From positions 6,770,791-6,834,790 of the forward strand of contig CM082596.2 in NCBI GenBank assembly GCA_040954595.2: a DNA stretch of 64,000 bases, written 5' to 3'. Below, piece after piece: positions 14,861 through 26,200 of this stretch. This DNA comes from Balanoglossus misakiensis. Lineage: Eukaryota > Animalia > Hemichordata. Each line of letters starts with the position of its first letter. The first letter of the stretch is position 1. Below the pieces are notes generated by a model. The model did no database searches. It saw nothing but the letters and a program-made list of their open reading frames with translations, and was not told the origin of the DNA. The position numbers and the translations under genes were made by a program.

Positions 14861-17800
14861 ATGCAGGGAGCCATGTCCGTCGTTTTACTAGGTGAGACTT
14901 GCGTTTAAATGAAGCAGTGACGGTTTAACCCCAGTGCATTTGTCTTCCGAATATCCCCTTTCCATAGGTCGCCCTTCCCTTCCCTTTCACTTCCATTCGC
15001 CGAGCAACAAATTCCGATCATTCCTGTGCCAGAACAGATAAACTCGACTAAAGATTTTCTTACAGTGTATTTATATAACTATATAAAGGCCCGATCTTAT
15101 CAAAAGATGTTCTTTCTTTATCTAAAAGGCGCATGGACTGAGCCCTCAGTTGTCAGAGTTGTTTACGTTTTGTTTTTGTTTACTTTTGACATGTCGATTT
15201 CGTACTTGATTGTTGTTTTCAATTGTATAACAATATACAAAATGTACATGGGTACTACATGTAATAACATTAAACAGACCTGCACACTCTGGTTACAACT
15301 TATTGCTACACTGATTAGACAAGCGATGTCAGTCTAACAATTCACCTAGGTCTGGTCATATATGGTCAGGTCAAATTTGTTTACTTCTCCGGGGAGGGGG
15401 GGGGGGTCAACCGAAGTGAGATGGTAGACCCCCTTGCATTTTATGCCTACAAGTTTTTATCCCTTTTATACCAAATTAACGACCGCCTTTTCTGCCCCCA
15501 CAAAAAATCAAGTAAACACGTACACATACATAAAATTGTAGACTGTCATGAAAGATGCGTACTTTTCATGTTAAATTAATCAATTTGTTTACTGCTTATT
15601 TCAGGTGTTCTAGTAGCAGTCCTGTCAACGACTGCACAAGGACAAGAGACTGCAATGGTTGGCGTCAGCTACCACTACAACATCATGAGACGGGACTTCT
15701 TCAATCCAAGTGAGTAAACTTTCATCTGTCAGTGAGTATCTTTCCTATATCATTCATGGATGCAGCTTATGAAATGTACGTTTCCCAGTATAACGCAACA
15801 CGATGCGGGATGGCTTTGAATCTTCATCCAATTGATATAATATGTAGGATCTGTTATTGGTGAATTTACACTAACACATGATCAAGCCAAGTAGTGTCTT
15901 GTACTTGCAAACATACAAGAAAGTGCTTAAGGCTTAAATTCCTACATGAAGCACCATGGAATGCAAAGCTGAGATAAGCCAACGCTTGTTTTTTCCTCAC
16001 TCTTGCAGTACCAAGTAGTCCCATCTACTTCAAGACCAGCCTGGCTGGCAAACCAGGCCTTCCGCATTGGTTGAAATATACTCAGAAAGACCCGAAAATG
16101 GACACTGCGTATCTGTACGGTACTCCGACTGAAGCTGATATTGGTGAGGTTTCAATTGAGGCAAGTGAATGTTCTTCAAGTTTATTTTCAGGGCATGTGT
16201 CTCAAAGTTGGCAGTTGTTTTGTTTGATATTACAAACCAATTTCAATTAAATGAAATCAAATTATTTCCTAGTGAATGTTCCCTAACCTTTGCATACACA
16301 CTGAGTGGGCACATTTTATTACCTCCATACATCCAGTGTTGCATTTGAATTGCTACTAATTGTTCACCTTTTCAACTGTTCTCCATTGCAACATGATCTT
16401 CTGTGTTTAATGCTTCAAATGTTATTTCTTCATTCCACAGATTGTTGCCTTTGATTCTGAAAGCTATGAAACTCAAAAGCAAGTCCTGACAATTTCTGTC
16501 ACTGAGAATGAGAGTAAGTTGAATTACGAACACAGCTAAAAGAGTGGTTTAAACCAGAATATGAGGAGTTGGCATTGCTATCGAATGTAAAAGATGTGAT
16601 TAATCATTACATAGATTGATTAATTTTATTTGCACATTCATTCATGAAACCAATATGCATATAAGGTCCAATTGCAGGCATTTGTTGTCAATCTATACAT
16701 GAATGTGCAAGTTACTGCCAGCAGACACAACGACTGTACATGTATATAGTCTTAAATGAGTGCCCCGAACTCATTTTTGATTGCTGAATCCATTTCAGGT
16801 CCCGACACGTACATCATGACCATCAATGTCACGAACAAGGACGTCGAAGATATGTACACGTACGATACCATCTCCAACATGCAGACCTCCGTTGCCTTCA
16901 TGAATGCCGTCAAAATGATATGGCCGATGTCCGATGATCTGACGCTGGTCAGTCTCATGTCGGCCCTGGATGCCGGGGCCAGGGTTCCCATCCCTGGTCA
17001 GCCAGCAGGGTAAGTGGGACTGTGCCAGTATGCATTTGGCAGTGTTTAATGTTTTGGCATTTTCTGTTGTTACATAGATAGATGGCTGTCAGAGTACTCG
17101 GTGGGTGGGTTGGTTGGTTGGTTAATTGGTCATTTGGTGAATGGATGCTTGAATGATGAAATTGTATCTACACATGTTTATTTTGACATAAAATCTATAT
17201 CAAGGGAAATAGAGAATGTCGTATTCTCTGTACAGACCGTATTTTATAAGTGAAATACAGCACAGTGGAGGTACGTACATATCTGCGTGTCACTAACAAA
17301 AAATCAACCATTTGCTGTTTTACAGAGTGGTTCTTCAAGTAGGCTCACGAACCGAATTCCCCAGCGAAGTTGTAGAGGCAGCGTCTAATCCCTGCACGGC
17401 AGACTTCCCCGATTTCAAAGATAAAGGGTTTGATGTTGATTGGTGCTACTTTAAAATTGTAAGTCTGTGTGCTTTCTGATCGAGGCTTTTACGTTACGTC
17501 AGCATTTGTGGAAAATTTCGCACGAGTTAGTCCTGTATCATTTCAAGGAATTCAAACTCCTTAAATGAAGAAGAAATATCGTGGACTAGTGTTGTTAATA
17601 GTGTAAAAAGCCCGTCTTGGGAGTATACTGCTTTAGGTGAAGACTTTCAAAACTATCGAACAGTTCAGAAAAATTCAGAGTAATTCTAGACATTTTGATT
17701 CAGACCATGCACTGTTATGGCATATTGGTCTGGCATTGCGCAAGTGTCAAAAGATTGACGCACAGTTCTGCATTTCTTGTGTAGATGGAAAAGCCGACGC

Positions 17801-19686
17801 CCGAAAACGAAGACGAGGCGAAGCCAGCGCCGATGGTGCTCGGGGAAGTGTACATCGCCCCGGCCTTGACGTCGGACGCCGAGCGTCGCGATCTGACCAC
17901 CGAGTTCATCCTGATCGTGATTGTGCCCCTCGTGTTGGCCGTCGTCTTGGCGCTGCTGTTGAGCTACGCCATGTGTGGACGCAGAGAAGGCGTGTAAGTT
18001 GCGTTGAACTTTGAACTTTATCGAAAGGGGCAGATACAGGTCTCAGGCCTTTTCTACAGGGGCAAGTACTGTAAAACACTTTATTTTCGCGAGTTGAAAT
18101 TTTTGCGATATAGAGAGAGGCCACTGTTTCGCGAGTATTAATTTTCGCGTTCTCTTATTTCATTCACTGCATCTTTATCTTCAAAACACTTTTTATTTTC
18201 GCGCTATTTTGGCTCTCGCTTATTTGGCGAAAATTTTTTGCTCGCGGAAATAAAATGTTTTACAGTAACTTACCCTTTGTTTGACCTTTACACATGGAAA
18301 CAGCGTGAAAGGGTTACAATATGGTGTATTTGTTATGTACTGCATGTTATTATTTTTTTAAAGTCATCATGATTTTGGCTTCCGCACCCACTGATATATT
18401 TCTTTGATAAAATCTCTCCCTCCTCTCACCCGGTTTTGTTTACGTATTTTTATTTTGGCAGGTTGAAGAGAGACGCTGTAACTCCGACGTAAGAATTGTT
18501 TTCTTTTGAAGTTTAATTTTTTTTGCCTGTCCTTCATCTGTCCTCTTCTCTATTTTAGTTCTGCTGTGAGTCAGTTGTTTTGTTGGCCAGGACAAGACGT
18601 TTTGTGAAAATTGTGATACTGTAAAATTTGCTTTACCACTGGATTATTAATTGCGATCACTGTCAGTATGTGTTTAACGAATGCACTCGCTATAATTTCT
18701 GCAAGTTTTTTGTTCACATTACTGACAATGCCAGATGGACTGTTATTGTGTACAAACATGCTTAAGAATATGAGATTAGCTTGTCAACCGTAAGTTTTGA
18801 GACTAACCCTTGATGGAGATTTTCAAACAGCTTCAAGCAGACAGTCATAGCCTGCCAAATGATTGTACATTACAGGATTCAGTTTTCCATGAAAATTACT
18901 ACTTATCCTTGTTCTCTAACATTTCCTTTCTATAGCACACAGCTGACTCACCATTCTCACATCCGCAACGCCTCCAAGGACCTGAGGGAGATGTCCATGC
19001 GGCGCGAGGGGGCCCAGCCCCTCTCCACCCTCCCTGCATTCCGGCTGTCTCCGACGCCACGCGGCCGTGGGGCCAGGGGAGCAGATCCTGGTTTGCCACC
19101 TAGGGAGAGAGAAGGGTAAGCGGGCATTAAAGGGACAAAGTCTCTCTCTCTCGCTGCCTTTTTTCCATTAATTATATTTGATTCAAGACATTGTATATAT
19201 TATTCTACATGTGGATCTATAGTGAATCAACGTTCAACCACACACAACATCCATCCAACTTGTAGACACGAGAGTGAAAAACTCACCAAAATGAATAATC
19301 GGTGTTTACCATTTATTCATTTTGGCCGGATTTTTACTCTCATATCCTACAAACGGGATGGAAGTTGTGTGTGGTTGAACATTGATTCACTATAGATCCA
19401 CATGTAGAATAATATAACCAGTGTCTTGTATCAAACATAATTAATGGAAAAAGGTGTGTGAGAGAGAGACTTTGTCCCTTTAACTCAAAAGCTGTATTCA
19501 CACTGACTATCTTTCAAGAGGCTGTGAACGTTTTGCCTGTTCAGTGCTGATGTGATCTATTCTTTCTGTTCGCACAGACCCGTTGACGAACAACCCATGA
19601 CTAGCACGCCACAGAGAGGGGGCGAACCACCACCGTACAGACTACCTCCATCGATGCCAGCTCAGGAAGAAACTAGCTTTATGTGA
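14861..19686 (+). CDS. SGCE: Alpha/epsilon-sarcoglycan (SGCA/SGCE co-ortholog), 10 coding exons, ~409 aa short isoform
   Basis: Exons 14861-14891, 15605-15709, 16009-16160 (GC donor), 16441-16513, 16799-17009, 17326-17458, 17785-17993, 18462-18488, 18936-19115 and 19578-19686 join in frame (1230 nt). The protein has a signal peptide MQGAMSVVLLGVLVAVLSTTAQG, a cadherin-like domain (PGLPHWLKYTQ...AYLYGTPT), FDVDWCYF, a TM helix ending LSYAMCGRREGV, and cytoplasmic QLTHHSHIRNASKDLREMS...PLSTLPAF. All match SGCE/SGCA hallmark motifs. Confidence 0.93.
18067..18267. mobile_element. TA-flanked MITE, family B copy 2
   Basis: Same TIRs and internal TTTCGCG subrepeats as 11182-11356; located in sarcoglycan intron 7. 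Confidence 0.8.
19127..19483. mobile_element. Fully palindromic (fold-back) MITE, Kolobok/T2-type (TTAA target, AGG termini)
   Basis: TTAA-AGGGACAAAGTCTCTCTCTC ... GAGAGAGACTTTGTCCCT-TTAA. The arms stay complementary through TATTCTACATGTGGATCTATAGTGAATCAA and CCAAAATGAATAA to a centre near 19305. Confidence 0.85.
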
Positions 19687-19883
19687 GTGACAGCAAACTC
19701 ACAAAACACTTGCAGACCTCCTCAAGCCCAAACGCATTAGTTTTAATAATTAAGTACTCATCGCTATTTTCAGATGCTTGAAAAATATATTTGTTAAACA
19801 GAAGCTACTGGTAATAATAATTTATTTATAAAGCGCGGTGATTTTATCGGTTCAACTTTTGTTGTGTGTGCAGTGCGTGTGTA

Positions 19884-19976
19884 TTGACCCTTTCACCACT
19901 GTGGTTTGGTCCAACTCTATTGTTTTCTATTGCAAAGTTGGACCTCTATACAGGGAAAGGGGGGTGAAAGGGTTAA
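19884..19976. mobile_element. Short piggyBac-like MITE, family A copy
   Basis: TTGACCCTTTCACC...GGTGAAAGGGTTAA termini; shares TGGTTTGGTCCAA...AAAGTTGGACC...AGGGAAA with 6872-6963. Confidence 0.6.
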
Positions 19977-20058
19977 ACCAAATCAGAGAGGCAAGCAAGA
20001 ATTATTTACTTACACTGGCAAACTTGGGATCCTGACAGTAACCTTTTCCTTTTGACAG

Positions 20059-21731
20059 AAATCAGCCTGAAGACGCCAGTGGAGAACGACGGGCTTCGGA
20101 ACCTGCTGCACTGCAAGGTTTGTTGACAAGAATTCTCTTGTGATTTACTCCCCAAACGGCTGCACTTGTTGAATGAATGGCCTTCTGTCTTCTCTGTGGC
20201 TTTGCTGGCCATCTCTGCTTGTGTCTCGTCGGGTGACTGTATTCCAAAAGTTTGTAAAAAAAATGGTGTCCACCTCTGTCTTCTGTTCGCTGAAGTTTGG
20301 CTTGGTCAGTTGTGTGGCTTGCTGCGTTCTGTGATATTTGAGTTGAATGTAAATGTCTTCAATTCGTCAAACTGTACCCGTCCCCCCCCCCCTCGTCCTT
20401 CAGGGGCGTTCATGTTGTTTCGAGGAAACTGAAAACAAGTTTGGTGAATTTTGAATTTGGGCTTTGATTGCTGGCATTTCTGAGCACAAAACAAGCATCT
20501 CTTTTTCACTTGCATGAAATTTTAGAATGAACTTATACTGAAGACATTTTCTGAACCATTTTCATATCAATAAAAACATATAAGTAACTGATGACTGGTG
20601 CAATTTTTTTGTGTAAACTATAAGCATTTTTTCAAAACCTCAACAAAATGTAAATTTTTCATTTAGACATTCTGCCTGCCATCTTTTTAATCCTTTTAAC
20701 CCCTCATGCCGCCCCCCCCCCTTCACCGCATGCCCTAACATTTTGGTCTCACCCATTAGAAGAACACAGTGGGATTGTACCACAGTGTCAGATGCAATAG
20801 GGGTGGATAGGTGTGAGTGTAATAAATTGGGCTAACCAGTAGCTCTGTGTATATGATGCAGGGAGGAGGGATCGTAGCACACAGTTTCCACTAACATCAA
20901 TATAAAACGTGCCATCAGTTATTGCCATGGTTAGTATTCATCTCAAAACTCACCACCGTAATTTTTTAATTAACTGACTTCTCACTAACAGTATTTTTAT
21001 CAGTCTGATTTTTTGGGGTGATTTGGTGAAATTATTAACACTTACTACTTTAACACTTTTTATCTTGTGTGTATCTTTTTCTGACATGAAACTTTCCACC
21101 ATCTCTGCTTTCAAGAAAAACTTCACAATTCCTTGTGTAATTCACCATACGTGTTTTCCCTCATACAATTTTACTTTTACTTTTCTCAGTATGGGAAAAG
21201 GTCAAAATTAGACCTTTTTATGACCAGAAAACCAGTTCCATGTTTAAGTCCAGTTGTTTTTGCAGAGAAGCGGAGAACGAATCTCGTAACTTTCTTGCTA
21301 TCAGCCGAAAAGAAACTCCTGACATAGCTGTGTGTGTTTGTTAACCCCAGTGTGTCTTTACGTGGTTGTGTGTGTGTCCTTGTAGACATTGTGCGTTAAC
21401 CTGCTTGCGAAGTTGCGACTTGTTGTTCTGCTATGTTTGCGGCCTTGCGAGACAAAACAACAAAGCCTGACAAAACTAGAGTTGACACTCTTTAACAAGC
21501 ATACCATCCACCCACTTCCTCCCTCCAACAGACGATGGAGCCAACGGAGTGACCCCGGCCCTGAGCCACCGACCGCCGCCCTTCATGAGGGGCAGCGGGG
21601 ACCAGATGCACTCGTCCGAGCCGGGCAGCGAGGAGCGGCTGGGAGCCTCCGCCATTCCCGACACCGTCCGGGAGTACGACGAACACGAAACGGACAAGGA
21701 CAGCCTGGTGCACCGAGAGTATCTGACATAA
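20059..21731 (+). CDS. SGCE: Sarcoglycan alternative 3' coding exons (20059-20117 and 21532-21731), long isoform ~494 aa
   Basis: A donor AT|gtgagt at 19683 overlaps the short-isoform stop. Acceptors tttgacag|20059 and ccaacag|21532 plus donor CAAG|gtttgt keep the frame (phases 2 then 1). The last exon is strongly GC3-biased and ends ...SLVHREYLT-stop. Confidence 0.65.
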
Positions 21732-22732
21732 TGCGTGGATACGCCATGAAACTTGGGCACCCAGCAACAACATCCATATTTTCCAAAAGGCTGGGGCATG
21801 TTATACCAGGGTTTAGTGAAGATCATTATGTTATGAAAGATGATAATATAGGGAATTATACTTTCTTCTTATGTATTAACATAGAATTTTGCATGCTTTT
21901 ATATATTTTAATACCATATTTATCATACTAGTTAGATTTTATACTTTGTTTAGGCTAACTGTTTATTTCATTGGGTTTGCCTTCCAAATGCATTGTAAAG
22001 CTACAGAAAGATGTTGAGGGTGAAAGGGACCCCCATTATTCTCAAAGTTGTAAAGGGAGATAACTATGCAAGTTCAGGTATCTTAGTATGGCTTGAATTG
22101 TTGATACTCTGGCTGAGATGACTGCAGAATTTCTGCTCTCTATAAAATTAATCATAGAAAGTGACTAATCGTACCTTACTACAGCAAATTTAAATTTTCT
22201 CAGCAATGAAGGGAAGGTGAAAAAAACTCCAGTCCAAATTCAGGTGCCTCCACACTCACGCACGCCTGTAAAAAAGATTGCAATGTAAGATGGCCGATCC
22301 TACAGGGTTGTCAAATGTTTGGCTTTGACTTGTAATTCTTGGGCGTTGACGTTTGCCAAGTATTGTTTTATTTTATCTTTCAGACATAATTATTACAGTT
22401 ATGTTATTACTAGAGAACCATTAAAGAACTAACTTTGAAAAAAATTCCAAGTTGTCTTGGTGTGTGTTATTTTGATAGAGTAAACTGGAGTACTCCGAAC
22501 CCCACACTAGTTCAAAGTACCAATTGGCAATGATTGAGTGCAACCAATCAAAGAATTGGATGTTGCTTGTTATTTATTTTTTGTACAATTATTTATAACG
22601 GCACATTCATCTCTCCAAAGTTTGATACAATATTTTCAAAAATGGTCAGTATAAAAATTAATCCATTTGCTTCTGGATAAAGGTACATGTTTTACTTTTA
22701 CTTTTAAATCTGTTCTGTGACATTTTTGCATG

Positions 22733-22746
22733 GCGCCAACTGGTGG
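22733..22746 (-). promoter_or_regulatory. CTCF-like site (reverse) between the convergent sarcoglycan and ACAD11 3' ends
   Basis: Reverse complement CCACCAGTTGGCGC, 13/14 match. Confidence 0.45.
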
Positions 22747-23290
22747 TCAAACATGAAATCTGAATCGATCCTACAGTAAGACCCTCTGTGGAAAATGGAG
22801 ATTTTCCCCTATAGTTGTCAGTTGTGCGCATATACTACGGTAGATATTGCATGAAAGCACTAGAGATCAAATTAACAGTATGTAAATGATGAACATATAC
22901 AGCACTAATGACAACTGGAATCTACATAATTAACAAAACGACATGCACTTTTGTTTCAAAAGAAATATAACAAAAAAGAATTATTAGCACCATGGTCTAA
23001 CAACATGTTAAAAATTAGGTACAAAATCAACAGAAAATTTTCTTAAAGTGGAAAATTAAAATACAAACCAAAAAGTCTAGGAAATAAAAAAAATGTCTAG
23101 AAAGTAAATTGATTGTAATAAAAGTTATGAAGATGACAGAGAGAACTTGGGAATTCTAACATTGCACTCGATTTTTCCCAAAGTTAAGATTCTAAAATTT
23201 ACAACAAAAGAAAAAGTAACTTCCAGATGTGATACGTATCGCATAGTACTGTGTGAATGGAAAAGAATTTATGAAAACGTCAACTCGCCA

Positions 23291-26200
23291 CTATAGCCTG
23301 GCCTTCTGTTGGTCCTGCAGTTCCGACTTGGCGATCGCAGTCAGGTGCACTTCATCGGGGCCGTCGAATATCTGCATGGCCCGCGCCCAGGCGAACATCT
23401 TCCAGAAGGGGAAGTCCTGGCTGACTCCGCCACCGCCGTGGATTTGGATGGCCCGGTTGACGACGTTTCGGACAGTTCTTGGCGTGGCCACAAATGCCAT
23501 GGCAATCTGTAAAGTTCCATGAAAAAGGGTTTGTAAGAAATGATTTGTATACCTGCATCAGAGGTAAGGCTCCAACCGTCTTAACATTGCAGTTTCGTAC
23601 AACTCCATTGTTTTGTAAAATACAGTTTGACCCAGGTGTGGAAAATAGGTGGATGGGTAGCTTGCAGGGTACATAGCACAACAACACGATTCTCAGAAAA
23701 ATTAAAAACCCTTTCATTTTTGTCCAATCTGCTGTATATTTAGCTTTGAAACTATTTTGAAAACTACTACTTCATTTTAAAATTATGTTATTTTCTCATG
23801 CAATCTAGAGACAATGGTGAATAAATTTTGTGACGAAGAGACTACACACAAAGCTCACCTGTTTTCTGGCAGCTTTGCCACCATATTTGTCCAGAGTGTT
23901 GGCAGCTCTCAGAATCAACAGGCGACACTGTTCGATGCCAATCCTGCTCTCGGCTATCATGTGCTGTACCACACCCTGGGGAGAGAGAGACAGACAGAGA
24001 CAGAAAATAAATCATGTCCACTATTCAAATTGCAAATATCAGTGGTTTTTCTTACACTTGGAGACATGTCTCCTGAATTATAAAAAAAACTGGTTTACCA
24101 AAAATTAATTACTCTTCTATTCTGTAACCTACATCGTCACCAGATTTCTTATCATGTGATATTGAGAATGCCTACTACATGTATGTTACACATGAGATAG
24201 TGCATTCTTTGGTTGACTGAGACAAACGGCAAAAACAATCATCTATATCTTAGCAAAACATAACACATGAACTACATTGTGAAATCACCACAGTAGTAAA
24301 GCTAAAACTGGCAAACTATCATGTGAAGATATGGAAATTGGGGATACACATCATACAGTAGCTACAATGCAATGACGATGCCAAGATAGCGATATCAGAC
24401 TGGAAAACAACTGGACAGCGAGACATGAAGCCTTTATATGCAAAGAACACTCAGATCCACACATGAGTGCATGCCACAGATCTTGTAAGACATACCTGCC
24501 TGGCCAGCGTTTTGCCAAACGGTGATCTCTTGTGAACCCTGTCACACATCAGCTCGAGGGCCCTCTCCGCCACCCCGATCTCTCGCATGCAGTGTTGAAG
24601 GCGAGCTGGGCCAAGACGACTCTGGACCACCTCAAACCCCCTCCCCTCACCTGTGAAAAAATGCAGACAATTAGATTTGGGGGAATTACATGAAGAAAGA
24701 TAGAAAAGAAAACCTGTTAATACCATGTGTAATCTAATATTCCATCCATGCAACTTAGTTATGTCTGCCTGGCTGTTTGCCTAAATACACACTGCTGAAA
24801 TTTTCATCCACATTTTCATAAATAGCTTGTGTTTGGCTTTATGTATATACAGAGTCCAGACATACATTGAAATTCATCCCAAGACTTACCAAGTAAGACA
24901 TTAGAAGTCGGTACTTTTACATTGTCAAATTCTAGTTCGACGTGCCCAAATGGTACATCTGAAATGCAATGCAAAATGTTTGGAAATTAATGACTCATCT
25001 AGCTTATCCACTGTACCCTGAGTTCACATCTTAACATTTTGATAAACCTATTGTACTTACAACACAGAATATTGAAGTGTGATGCACACAAGCCAATCCA
25101 TGTATTTTAAACTTTGTTAAACACACTGTATTTTAATCTCACAGTAGCCAAGCAAAAACATTGCTCAGTTTTGATTACATGCTTTTCAGGAACACAGTAG
25201 GTAGACTCACAAAATTTTTTTTTCGTGTTTTAATTTTGCGATGTATGCAATACATGTATCTAAAAATCTGAATTATTGTAATCAGTTCCTTTGTAACCCA
25301 TTATATGAAACAGGTATCATAATTACATCTCACTATCTACCATACATTTTCACATACCTTCATATCCCATGAGGGATAGAGAGCGCCCTTGTTTCACACC
25401 AGGTGTGTCCAGTGGAACAATCACCACACTGTGCCTCTGATGCCTGGCATGAATATGAAAAAGAACTTAATTGAAAGCAATCTGCGATGGCACATTTTGG
25501 ACAAAATAGCAATTAGACAAATTCACGCAAACATGATATGAGCCCCCTTCATTCAACGCTCTGCGGTGGCCGAAATATTGACTGCAAATCTGGCTGCTGC
25601 TCACACAAAATAATCATTGGCTATAAAAGGCCATTAATGTCACTACAGATATACTCCTATAAAAGGTCAGGTGGACATTACTGCATACCTTGGGAGGGAA
25701 TCACTTCCACTCTTTCCCATTACGAAGACAACCTTGAGTCTTGGATCATTTCCACCTGCATGAAAAAAAAAACATTATTTGCTTTTCACATACAACTTTT
25801 CAGATCTTTTCAAAGGCATTAAACCACATCACCAGTCCTGCCTTCTGGGAAACCCAATTTTTTTTCCACAATTGCAGTAAGTCGCCTGCATGTAAACCTG
25901 ACACCAGTTTCGATAATAATTCTTACACAGCATAAAGTCTGCATGTTTTGTGATCTCACCACCATTGCATGCTCACGTCTGGCTCAATCTAAAATGGTTT
26001 GCGGCTTCATCTGTGAATTATTCTTGCTTACCTGTTATCCACCATTTTTTACCGTTGATGACGTAGCTGTCGCCCTCTCTCACAATTGAACACTCCAGAT
26101 TGGTTGGATCACTCGATGCAACATCCGGTTCTGAAACACAATATTCCCAAAAATCAGAAACAGCCAGTCTCATACTAACCGTAAAATACAAATCAGTTTC

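Noticed and set aside
21190-21200. Potential 11-nt sarcoglycan micro-exon with compatible phases
   Set aside because: Weak donor (gtcaaa); the 20059-20117 exon explains the frame better.
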